This document shows, one piece after another, positions 55,710 to 64,000 of a DNA stretch of 64,000 nt. Under the pieces are notes generated by a model. It was not told the DNA's origin. It made no database searches and saw only the letters and a program-made list of their open reading frames with translations. Origin of the DNA: Muribaculaceae bacterium (GTDB lineage Bacteria; Bacteroidota; Bacteroidia; Bacteroidales; Muribaculaceae); assembly GCA_022508985.1 (NCBI GenBank), contig JAFLUA010000010.1, forward strand, positions 7,476 through 71,475. The letters run 5' to 3'. How positions within the stretch are numbered: position 1 is the stretch's first letter; each line of letters opens with the position of its first letter. The position numbers and the translations under genes are program-made.

Positions 55710-56147
55710 ATGAAAGAATATAAATATAAAATTAACGGTAACAACTACTCTGTAACCATCGGCGACATCGACGACAATATCGCTCAGGTTGAAGTAAATG
55801 GTGTGCCTTACAAAGTAGAACTCGACAAGACTAAACCGGCAGCGGCTGTTAAAGTATCGGCTCCGCGCCCATCTGCTGCGCCTCGCACTGCTGCCGGCGA
55901 AAAAGTTATTGCGCCCAAAACCACTGTAGCAGGTCCCGGCTCTGTTGTCGCTCCCCTACCCGGTGTCGTTATTTCTGTTAACGTAAAAGTTGGCGATACT
56001 GTTAAAGCAGCTGATACTGTTGTAGTTCTCGAAGCCATGAAAATGGAAAACTCAATTCGCGCCGGCCGCGACGGTAAAGTTGCTTCCATCAATGTAAATC
56101 CGGGCGATTCCATCCTCCAGGATGCCGTTCTTATTACCCTTGAATAA
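55710..56147 (+). CDS. mmdC: Biotin carboxyl carrier subunit (biotin/lipoyl attachment)
   Basis: Ala/Pro-rich linker and the biotinylation motif EAMKMEN. Confidence 0.85.
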   Translation: MKEYKYKINGNNYSVTIGDIDDNIAQVEVNGVPYKVELDKTKPAAAVKVSAPRPSAAPRTAAGEKVIAPKTTVAGPGSVVAPLPGVVISVNVKVGDTVKAADTVVVLEAMKMENSIRAGRDGKVASINVNPGDSILQDAVLITLE

Positions 56148-56167
56148 TCCGCTATAACAAACGAATT

Positions 56168-57325
56168 ATGTCATTCGGTGATTTTATTTCCAACAACCTT
56201 GCTCAGTTCTGGCAACTGACCGGGTTTGCCAACGCGGAATTTGGTAATTTCGCCATGTTGGCTGTCGGCCTATTCTTTATATGGCTCGCCATTAAAAAGA
56301 ATTTTGAGCCAATGCTTCTCGTGCCCATCGGCTTCGGTATTCTCATTGGCAACATTCCCTTCAATGCTGCCGCCGGCCTTGAGATAGGTATATACGAAGA
56401 AGGTTCGGTCCTCAACATTCTCTACAACGGTGTTTCTGCCGGTTGGTATCCGCCTCTCATCTTCCTCGGTATTGGTGCTATGACCGATTTCTCGGCCCTT
56501 ATAGCCAATCCGAAATTGATGCTTATCGGTGCTGCCGCTCAATTTGGCATTTTCGGCGCTTATATGGTTGCCCTTGCTATCGGATTTACGCCCGACCAAG
56601 CTGGTGCTATCGCCATTATTGGTGGCGCTGACGGCCCTACGGCTATATTCCTCTCGTCTAAGCTGGCGCCTAACCTCATGGGGGCTATCGCTGTTTCGGC
56701 ATACTCATATATGGCTCTCGTTCCTGTGATACAGCCCCCATTGATGCGTCTGTTTACAACTAAGAAAGAGCGTCTTATTAAGATGAAACCAGCTCGTGCC
56801 GTATCGCAAAACGAGAAGATAATATTCCCGATTGTAGGTATGCTCCTTACGTGCTTCGTTGTTCCATCGGGTATTCCACTGCTCGGTATGCTCTTCTTCG
56901 GAAACTTACTGCGTGAATGTGGTGTAACTTCTCGTCTTGCTAAAACGGCAAGTAATGCTCTTACCGACATTGTCACCATTCTTCTCGGACTTACAGTGGG
57001 CGCGTCGACTCAAGCATCACAGTTCTTGACACCTCAGACAATCTTCATTTTCTTCCTTGGCTTCATGGCATTTATTTTCGCATCAACCAGCGGTATTTTA
57101 TTTGCCAAGTTCTTCAACTTACTGTTGCCGAAAGACAAGAAAATCAACCCGCTCATTGGTAATGCCGGTGTTTCGGCCGTACCTATGTCTGCTCGTATAT
57201 CCAACAATCTCGGACTTGAATACGACCCATCGAATTATCTTTTGATGCATGCTATGGGTCCGAATGTCGCAGGTGTTATCGGTTCTGCAGTTGCAGCCGG
57301 TGTCCTCCTCGGTTTCTTAGCATAA
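56168..57325 (+). CDS. mmdB: Na+-translocating decarboxylase beta subunit
   Basis: 385-aa polytopic OadB/MmdB-like protein. Confidence 0.9.
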   Translation: MSFGDFISNNLAQFWQLTGFANAEFGNFAMLAVGLFFIWLAIKKNFEPMLLVPIGFGILIGNIPFNAAAGLEIGIYEEGSVLNILYNGVSAGWYPPLIFLGIGAMTDFSALIANPKLMLIGAAAQFGIFGAYMVALAIGFTPDQAGAIAIIGGADGPTAIFLSSKLAPNLMGAIAVSAYSYMALVPVIQPPLMRLFTTKKERLIKMKPARAVSQNEKIIFPIVGMLLTCFVVPSGIPLLGMLFFGNLLRECGVTSRLAKTASNALTDIVTILLGLTVGASTQASQFLTPQTIFIFFLGFMAFIFASTSGILFAKFFNLLLPKDKKINPLIGNAGVSAVPMSARISNNLGLEYDPSNYLLMHAMGPNVAGVIGSAVAAGVLLGFLA

Positions 57326-57356
57326 AGATACGAGTAAATACTGAATATCAAAGCAA

Positions 57357-57391
57357 GCGCCATCAGATCGACATCTGTTGGCGTTTGTTTT
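57357..57391 (+). terminator. Rho-independent terminator (GCGCCATCAGAT-CGAC-ATCTGTTGGCG + TTTGTTTT)
   Basis: ~11-bp stem with one mismatch, 32 nt after the mmdB stop. Confidence 0.6.
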
Positions 57392-57437
57392 ATTACGGCT
57401 AAAATCATTATCTTTGCGACACAAAAAACCGTATAAT

Positions 57438-59303
57438 ATGAGAAAAGCCTTCTATCTTGGTTTTATTACAATAGTAATAGTACTATCTACCTATATACCG
57501 GCAAATGCACAAAGTGACACTACCGAAGTGCAGCGTCTGCACGAAATTGTCGTCACCGGTAGCAATCAAGCCGTTGGGCGAAATCTACTGCCATATACCG
57601 TGAGCACTGTCGACAATAAACAATTAGAATCGACTGGAAAAACACAACTGTTGGCGGCCGTGTCGGGAATTGTTCCAAGTCTTTTTATATCCGAGCGCAA
57701 CATTTTCGGTTTTGGCCTTAGTAATGGCGGCTCCGGAGGCATTAAGATTCGCGGTGTCGGTAGCGCTCCGACCAATGCAATTCTAATGATGGTTGACGGA
57801 CAACCGCAATTTGCAGGCATCTACTCTCACCACGTTGCCGATTTTTATGAGACAGAATACGTAGAGCGTGTTGAAGTACTTCGCGGTCCGGCTTCGGTTC
57901 TATACGGCTCGAATGCTATGGGCGGCGTAATTAATGTTATAACGAAAGACGTGAAGGAAAATGGCATACACACCACTCTGTCGTCGCAATATGGCTCATT
58001 CAACACATGGCAATCCTCACTAAGCAACACTACCCGTTTCGGTAAATTTTCTTCATTAGTATCTGCTGGCTACGATCGCACCGACGGCACTACCAAAAAC
58101 TTCGACTTTAAGCAGACGAGTGTGTATGCAAAAGTAGGCTACGATTTCAGTAACTATTGGCGTGCTCGTGCCGATTACTCTTTTATGCATTATGTGGGTA
58201 ACGATCCTATATATGCAACCTTATCCAACCCTGAATCTACAGATATCTACCATCAAAATGTAATACGCGGCGAAGCTTCACTCACCATCACCGATAATTA
58301 TGCCTCAACAAATGGTGCTTTACGCATATATTATAGCTACGGCAACCATTTTATTTATGATCCGCGATATTTCCATAGTCTCGACGACCGTTTCGGCATA
58401 TTGGCATATCAAAATTTCACGCCATGGCGTGGCGCTGATGCAACAATAGGCTTTGATTTTGATCGATATACGGGCCAAATACCTTTTTCGGGTGGAAAAG
58501 AACATACCGAAGGCTCATTATCTACAATGGCGCGAAAGTATATAACAGAATATTCGCCTTATATCACGTTTGCTCAAAAATTGTGCAACAATCACATCGT
58601 GTTAAATGGAGGCTTGCGCTTGGCTAATAGCAGCATGTTTTCTTCTAAATTAATACCACAAGTCGGTTTTGTTATACACCCTGCCAATAGCTGGCAGATA
58701 AAAGGGTCTATCGCTAAAGGCTATCGCAATCCCTCTTTTCACGAAATGTATTTATATGCTCCGGCAAACCCCGACTTAGAACCGGAGAATATGCTTAATT
58801 ACGAGTTAGCGCTCGGTAAAAGTTTTGGCAGATACTTCAGTATCGACCTTACAGCCTATTTCTGCAAAGGTTATGATATGATTCAGACGGTTGACATGAA
58901 AAATGTTAACACAGGCTCATTCATTAACAAAGGAATCGAAGTATCGGCTAAAAGTAACCCAATAGACAATGTTGTGATACGCGCTTCTTACAGCTATCTG
59001 CACACAACGCTATCTAATCTAACGGGCGCACCATCTAACCAGTATTATTTAGGCATCAATTGGAAGATAACTAACAAGCTACATGCCGATGCGGAATTAA
59101 AAGGCGTTGGCAACCTATATGTAGGCGGATATATTGAAAATCAGAACTATGCACTCTTAAATATGAAGTTTAACTATAGGCTTATAAAGTGCCTCGATTT
59201 ATTTATAAACTTTGACAATGTCACCAACACTCAATATGTTATAAATCGAGGTTACGACATGCCAGGATTTACTGTGATGGGCGGTTTTAAGTTAAGCCTA
59301 TGA
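57438..59303 (+). CDS. TonB-dependent receptor
   Basis: ORF 57378.. trimmed to ATG 57438 (MRKAFYLGFITIVIV.. signal). Plug motif VEVLRGPASVLYGSNAMGGVINVITK and a beta-barrel. A TATCTTTG box lies upstream. Confidence 0.85.
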   Translation: MRKAFYLGFITIVIVLSTYIPANAQSDTTEVQRLHEIVVTGSNQAVGRNLLPYTVSTVDNKQLESTGKTQLLAAVSGIVPSLFISERNIFGFGLSNGGSGGIKIRGVGSAPTNAILMMVDGQPQFAGIYSHHVADFYETEYVERVEVLRGPASVLYGSNAMGGVINVITKDVKENGIHTTLSSQYGSFNTWQSSLSNTTRFGKFSSLVSAGYDRTDGTTKNFDFKQTSVYAKVGYDFSNYWRARADYSFMHYVGNDPIYATLSNPESTDIYHQNVIRGEASLTITDNYASTNGALRIYYSYGNHFIYDPRYFHSLDDRFGILAYQNFTPWRGADATIGFDFDRYTGQIPFSGGKEHTEGSLSTMARKYITEYSPYITFAQKLCNNHIVLNGGLRLANSSMFSSKLIPQVGFVIHPANSWQIKGSIAKGYRNPSFHEMYLYAPANPDLEPENMLNYELALGKSFGRYFSIDLTAYFCKGYDMIQTVDMKNVNTGSFINKGIEVSAKSNPIDNVVIRASYSYLHTTLSNLTGAPSNQYYLGINWKITNKLHADAELKGVGNLYVGGYIENQNYALLNMKFNYRLIKCLDLFINFDNVTNTQYVINRGYDMPGFTVMGGFKLSL

Positions 59304-59307
59304 TTGC

Positions 59308-60459
59308 TCACTTCAATTTAGAAAGATAGCAACAAACACGCTCGAGGCCATCGGAAAGAACGGATTTAGGACAGGCAATATTGAGACGAATATACCCATC
59401 GACACCATACATCGTGCCCGCATTTACCCACACCCCGGCATCTTCAAGCAGGCGCGACTCCATCTCATCAGAGGGCATACCGAATGACGAGATATCAACC
59501 CACGGGAGGTAGGTTGCCTCAAGACGCCCTACAGCACATGATAGGCGCGCCACTAAAAGTTCTCGCGTATATATATAATTGTTATATAGATAGTTGCGCA
59601 AACCGTCAAGCCAAGCGGCGCCTTCCGGTGAATATGCGGCTATAAGGCCTTCAACGCCAAACGGGTTTACATCGCACACCTCATTAATATTTATGGCTCT
59701 GTCAATTTTTTCGCGCCATTCTGCTTTACTACATATAATATTGGCTATCTGTAATCCGGCAGTATTAAATGCCTTCGATGGTGACAAACACACAATAGCC
59801 TGAGAATCAACAGTTCCATAAGGTACATATCTAAATCCGGGCATAGTTAATTCGCAGTGAATTTCATCACTTACAACTATTACATTGTGCCTCCGACATA
59901 TTTTATGCACCGACTCAAGTTCCTCTTTAGTCCAGACTCGTCCGGCCGGGTTATGAGGATTACACAATAACAGCATCTTATTTGTCGAGTCGGCCGCAAG
60001 CTTTTCAAGGCCCTCAAAATCTATTATATAAGTAAACTCCTCTGCTGAAATATTTTTACGTATAAGCGGATTTTCGACTATACGGCAACCGTTATTTCTT
60101 ATCGAAGAAAAAAAGCAATTATACACCGGAGTTTGAATTATAACACCCTCTCCGGGAGCTACTAACGCCTTAATTATAGCCGAAATAGCAGGCACGACGC
60201 CGGGAACGTACAACACGTCGCTACGTTTGATAGCAAACCCATGACGTTTCGAGAACCATTCCGTAAGAGCTTCGTAATATTCATCACGTACTAAAGTGTA
60301 ACCAAAGACACCATGCTCCACTCGCCGATGCAAAGCCTCTATAATACATGGTGCAGTTTTGAAATCCATGTCTGCAACCCATAAGGGCAATACATCGGAG
60401 CGCGAATCCCACTTATACGACCCGCTATGTCGTCGATCTACTATCTCGTCAAATATCAT
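59308..60459 (-). CDS. PLP-dependent C-S lyase (MalY/PatB family cystathionine beta-lyase)
   Basis: Class I/II aminotransferase fold with PLP-Lys motif SPSKAFNTAGL. Confidence 0.85.
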   Translation of the reverse strand: MIFDEIVDRRHSGSYKWDSRSDVLPLWVADMDFKTAPCIIEALHRRVEHGVFGYTLVRDEYYEALTEWFSKRHGFAIKRSDVLYVPGVVPAISAIIKALVAPGEGVIIQTPVYNCFFSSIRNNGCRIVENPLIRKNISAEEFTYIIDFEGLEKLAADSTNKMLLLCNPHNPAGRVWTKEELESVHKICRRHNVIVVSDEIHCELTMPGFRYVPYGTVDSQAIVCLSPSKAFNTAGLQIANIICSKAEWREKIDRAININEVCDVNPFGVEGLIAAYSPEGAAWLDGLRNYLYNNYIYTRELLVARLSCAVGRLEATYLPWVDISSFGMPSDEMESRLLEDAGVWVNAGTMYGVDGYIRLNIACPKSVLSDGLERVCCYLSKLK

Positions 60460-61301
60460 TGTTCAGTCTCTATTTTGCAATCAGCCGGCGCAAGTATGTT
60501 TTTATCAATAATAATCTCGCCTATCGAATGGGCTTTAATGCTACCTGTCCGCGGATTTTTTACACTTACAATATTAGAAATGATAGTTGCATCAAGATCG
60601 CTATCTTCAAAGGCTAAATCGGCATCATCGCCAAAGCTGCAATTTTCAAGAATAAGGTTCTTACAATAACACAACGGCTGGGTCCCGCTTATTTTACAAC
60701 GAACAAGACGCAGATTGTGCGAATGCCAACCAAGATATTCGCCATTAAGCGTTGAATCATATACTGTCACATTCTCCGTATTCCAAAACGCATCTTTTGA
60801 ATCTATTTCGGCATTACGGATTACAACATTCTTACAATACTGAAAAGAGTAATTGCCCTGCTGTCGATAATTCTCAATATCAATGTTCGACGAGTGCATA
60901 AACAAGTAGTCGGCATGCGCGACTTCAACCTCTCGCAACTTTACATTCGAGCAATGCCAAAATGTTTCTTGAGCATCAGGTATGCCTACTTTCAATAAAT
61001 CAACACCATCCATTTCTCGAAACATCTTTGGTGCATCGACAACCGTATCGGTCATAACACATTTGGTTGAATACCATAGTGCGGCTCGTGCCCCGGGTGT
61101 AAAAACGCAGTTACGTACCTTAAAACCATGCGTGTGCCAAAACGGGTATTTACCTTCAAACACGCAATTTACAGCTTCTATATTAGAACAACACTTTAAG
61201 GCAGATTCCCCTGCGTGGATAGTTACATTTTCAAGAGAAAGATCGTGAGAAGCAAATAGCGGTCTTTCACCTCCGAATTCAGCGTCTTTAATATGTTTCA
61301 T
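60456..61301 (-). CDS. DUF3737-family protein (parallel beta-helix)
   Basis: N-terminus MKHIKDAEFGGERPLF..L..V......ESALK is typical of DUF3737. 4-nt overlap with the downstream lyase gene. Confidence 0.7.
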   Translation of the reverse strand: MKHIKDAEFGGERPLFASHDLSLENVTIHAGESALKCCSNIEAVNCVFEGKYPFWHTHGFKVRNCVFTPGARAALWYSTKCVMTDTVVDAPKMFREMDGVDLLKVGIPDAQETFWHCSNVKLREVEVAHADYLFMHSSNIDIENYRQQGNYSFQYCKNVVIRNAEIDSKDAFWNTENVTVYDSTLNGEYLGWHSHNLRLVRCKISGTQPLCYCKNLILENCSFGDDADLAFEDSDLDATIISNIVSVKNPRTGSIKAHSIGEIIIDKNILAPADCKIETEQ

Positions 61302-61483
61302 ATCTCTTTGGTTATAATATCAATTGTATTTGTGGCACAAAATTACGCCTTTTTGTCATTATTTGCAACAAGGCACAGTTATTGTAATACCAAATAAAAA
61401 ATGATATAGAACAATATCAACGCAGTGTGTGTTATTATTTCATCAAACAAAATTACTAACAGAAAAATAAATTAACCAAATAT

Positions 61484-64000
61484 ATGAATTTCAACAACTT
61501 CACTATCAAATCTCAAGAGGCTATACAGAAAGCCGTGGAAATAACACGACGTGCCGGTTCTCAATCGATAGAGCCTGTTTGCCTCTTGAAAGGTGTTATC
61601 GACGAAGGCGAGTCGGTTGTAAACTTCATCTTCCGTAAGACGGGCACAAGCACAGCCTCTATCTCGCTTCAGATTGATAAAGAAATTGCCGCCCTACCAA
61701 AAGTGTCGGGCCAAGAGCCATATTTGAGCCGTGCAAGCAACGATGTGCTGCAAAAAGCTCTCGACATTGCAAGTAAAATGGGCGATGAATACGTTACTCT
61801 CGAAACTCTTTTGCTCGCTATATTCGACGTCAACTCATCGGCATCAACGATGCTTAAAGATGCAGGCCTTACGAAAAAAGAATTAGAGGCGGCTATCGAT
61901 GAATTGCGCAAAGGCAAAAAAGCCACTGAGCAAAGTGCCGAAGATACTTACAATGCCCTCTCAAAGTATGCGATAAACCTCAATGAACGTGCTCGTGCCG
62001 GAAAACTCGACCCCGTTATTGGTCGCGATGAAGAGATACGTCGTGTATTACAGATATTAAGCAGGCGCACGAAGAACAACCCAATGTTGATTGGCGAACC
62101 CGGAACCGGCAAAACAGCTATTGCCGAAGGGCTGGCACATCGTATCGTGCGCGGCGATGTACCCGAAAATTTGAGAAGCAAACAAATTTATTCTCTCGAT
62201 ATGGGTGCGCTCGTTGCAGGGGCCAAATACAAAGGTGAATTCGAAGAGCGTCTAAAAGCGATCGTGAACGAAGTAACGTCTTCCGATGGTGAGATTATTC
62301 TTTTCATCGACGAGATTCACACTCTCGTTGGAGCCGGTAAAGGCGAAGGCGCCATGGACGCGGCTAATATCCTCAAGCCGGCACTCGCTCGTGGAGAGTT
62401 GCGTAGCATCGGAGCTACCACTCTCGATGAATATCAAAAATATTTTGAGAAAGATAAAGCTCTCGAGCGTCGTTTTCAGAAAGTCATGGTTAACGAGCCC
62501 GACGAAATGAGCGCTATCGCAATACTTCGTGGATTGAAAGAACGCTACGAAAATCATCACAAAGTACGTATTCGCGACGAAGCTATTATCGCCGCCGTGC
62601 AACTCTCTGAAAGGTATATCAGCGATCGTTTCCTCCCCGACAAAGCTATCGACCTTATCGATGAGGCTGCCTCGAAACTAAAACTGGAAATCGACTCCGT
62701 ACCTCAGGCCTTAGACGATATTACTCGACGTATCGCGCAAAAAGAAATTGAGCGAGAGGCTATCAAACGCGAAGGCCAAGATGAAAAGGTATCTGAAATT
62801 GAACGAGAAATTGCCGAAATGCGCGAAGAGGAAAAAGAATACAAAGCTAAATGGCAAGCCGAGCGCGAACTCATCAACCGTATTCAGCAAAATAAAATCG
62901 ACATCGAAAAATTGAATTTCGAAGCTGACAGAGCCGAGCGCGAAGGCAATTATGCTCGTGTTGCTGAAATAAGATACTCAAGTATCGCCGACAAGCAAAA
63001 GGAAATAGAGGCTACACAAGCTCAACTTCGTAGTATTCAAGGCGAAAAATCGCTCATCAAGGAAGAAGTCGATGCCGAAGATATTGCCGATGTCGTATCG
63101 CGATGGACCGGTATTCCTGTGAACAAAATGGTGCAAAGCGAAAAAGACAAACTGTTGCATCTCGAAGAAGAACTGCACCACCGCGTTGTCGGACAAGAAG
63201 AAGCCATTACGGCAATTGCCGATGCCGTACGTCGCAGTCGTGCCGGATTAAACGACCCCAAGCGGCCTATCGGATCTTTCATTTTCCTGGGCACTACAGG
63301 TGTCGGGAAAACCGAGCTCGCAAAGGCTCTTGCCGAATATCTTTTCGACGATGAAAATATGATGACACGCATCGACATGAGCGAGTATCAGGAGAAACAC
63401 TCCGTATCTCGTCTCGTGGGGGCCCCTCCCGGATATATCGGTTACGACGAAGGGGGACAGCTCACCGAGGCCGTTAGGCGCAAACCATATTCCGTTGTCC
63501 TTTTCGATGAAATAGAAAAAGCGCACCCCGATGTTTTCAACATCCTTCTTCAAGTGCTTGATGATGGAAGGCTTACCGACAACAAAGGGCGAAACGTGAA
63601 CTTCAAAAACACGATTATAATTATGACGTCGAATATGGGGTCGCAACTTATTCGTGATAATTTCGATAAAATAAGGCCCGATAACAGAGAACAAATAATA
63701 GAATCTACTAAAAATAAAGTTCTTGAGATGCTGAAACAAACCATTCGGCCCGAATTTCTTAATCGCATCGACGAAGTGATTATGTTTACCCCCTTGTCAC
63801 GCGAAGAAATTGAAGAAATTGTTGGTTTACAAATACGCAGCATCCAACACATGTTGTCTCAAGCATCAGGAATGGCTCTTGAAGTTACGCCCGAAGCTAT
63901 TTCCTACCTCGCCGACGAAGGTTTCGACCCTGTATTCGGTGCAAGACCTGTTAAACGTGCAATTCACCGTCTTGTATTGAACCAACTCTCGAAAGACATT
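61484..64000 (+). CDS. clpB: ATP-dependent chaperone ClpB (first 839 aa; 3' end beyond the window)
   Basis: Not in the ORF track (no stop in window). [19 protein letters not shown].. Clp_N domain, Walker [11 protein letters not shown] and [10 protein letters not shown], coiled-coil middle domain. All listed minus-strand ORFs here are antisense artefacts. Confidence 0.95.
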   Translation, partial: MNFNNFTIKSQEAIQKAVEITRRAGSQSIEPVCLLKGVIDEGESVVNFIFRKTGTSTASISLQIDKEIAALPKVSGQEPYLSRASNDVLQKALDIASKMGDEYVTLETLLLAIFDVNSSASTMLKDAGLTKKELEAAIDELRKGKKATEQSAEDTYNALSKYAINLNERARAGKLDPVIGRDEEIRRVLQILSRRTKNNPMLIGEPGTGKTAIAEGLAHRIVRGDVPENLRSKQIYSLDMGALVAGAKYKGEFEERLKAIVNEVTSSDGEIILFIDEIHTLVGAGKGEGAMDAANILKPALARGELRSIGATTLDEYQKYFEKDKALERRFQKVMVNEPDEMSAIAILRGLKERYENHHKVRIRDEAIIAAVQLSERYISDRFLPDKAIDLIDEAASKLKLEIDSVPQALDDITRRIAQKEIEREAIKREGQDEKVSEIEREIAEMREEEKEYKAKWQAERELINRIQQNKIDIEKLNFEADRAEREGNYARVAEIRYSSIADKQKEIEATQAQLRSIQGEKSLIKEEVDAEDIADVVSRWTGIPVNKMVQSEKDKLLHLEEELHHRVVGQEEAITAIADAVRRSRAGLNDPKRPIGSFIFLGTTGVGKTELAKALAEYLFDDENMMTRIDMSEYQEKHSVSRLVGAPPGYIGYDEGGQLTEAVRRKPYSVVLFDEIEKAHPDVFNILLQVLDDGRLTDNKGRNVNFKNTIIIMTSNMGSQLIRDNFDKIRPDNREQIIESTKNKVLEMLKQTIRPEFLNRIDEVIMFTPLSREEIEEIVGLQIRSIQHMLSQASGMALEVTPEAISYLADEGFDPVFGARPVKRAIHRLVLNQLSKDI

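Noticed and set aside
61669-63852. Series of minus-strand ORFs (61669-61926, 61948-62181, 62252-62602, 62978-63196, 63037-63378, 63248-63739, 63550-63852).
   Set aside because: All lie antisense within clpB, which reads uninterrupted on the + strand from 61484 to the window end with both AAA+ Walker motifs.
1-64000. CRISPR arrays, rRNA genes, transposases/IS elements, integrases and phage structural genes.
   Set aside because: I looked for regularly spaced direct repeats and for the characteristic protein motifs on both strands and found none.

Overview
This 64-kb chromosomal segment looks like a Bacteroidales (Bacteroidota) genome. Supporting features are the nqrA-D operon, a T9SS type-B sorting-domain protein, a uppS-bamA-skp-skp block, a Na+-pumping methylmalonyl-CoA decarboxylase operon, queC/queF, and TAnnTTTG -7 promoter boxes. 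Most of the window is ordinary housekeeping. Three accessory patches stand out by visible AT-richness and gene content. (1) 3.9-6.1 kb holds an orphan 399-aa gene plus about 700 bp of non-coding DNA. (2) 12.1-22.6 kb is an island ending at the 3' end of tRNA-Ser(GGA). It carries a monocistronic ~1085-aa GHKL ATPase-DUF3883 fusion, which is the best single-gene candidate for an uncharacterised defence or DNA-surveillance function. It also carries an HD hydrolase, a Pol-beta-type nucleotidyltransferase, an LRR-transglutaminase protein and small membrane proteins, with no integrase or transposase. (3) 39.2-42.6 kb lies between serB and ssb. The most unusual structure is a repeat family that the ORF track does not reveal. 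There are four copies or fragments (21372-21475, 21810-22114, 39287-40085, 41743-42507) of a small three-ORF module. Its last ORF (77 aa) is intact only at 39824-40057 and shows a clear synonymous-substitution signature between copies. The copies bracket one- or two-gene cargo cassettes (TfoX-like; DUF4405-like membrane protein; SDR + flavodoxin), each with its own TAnnTTTG box. This gives an integron-like cassette array without an integrase or recognisable attC sites. I saw no CRISPR array, rRNA, transposase or phage structural genes. All family assignments come from motif recognition by eye; no database search was run.
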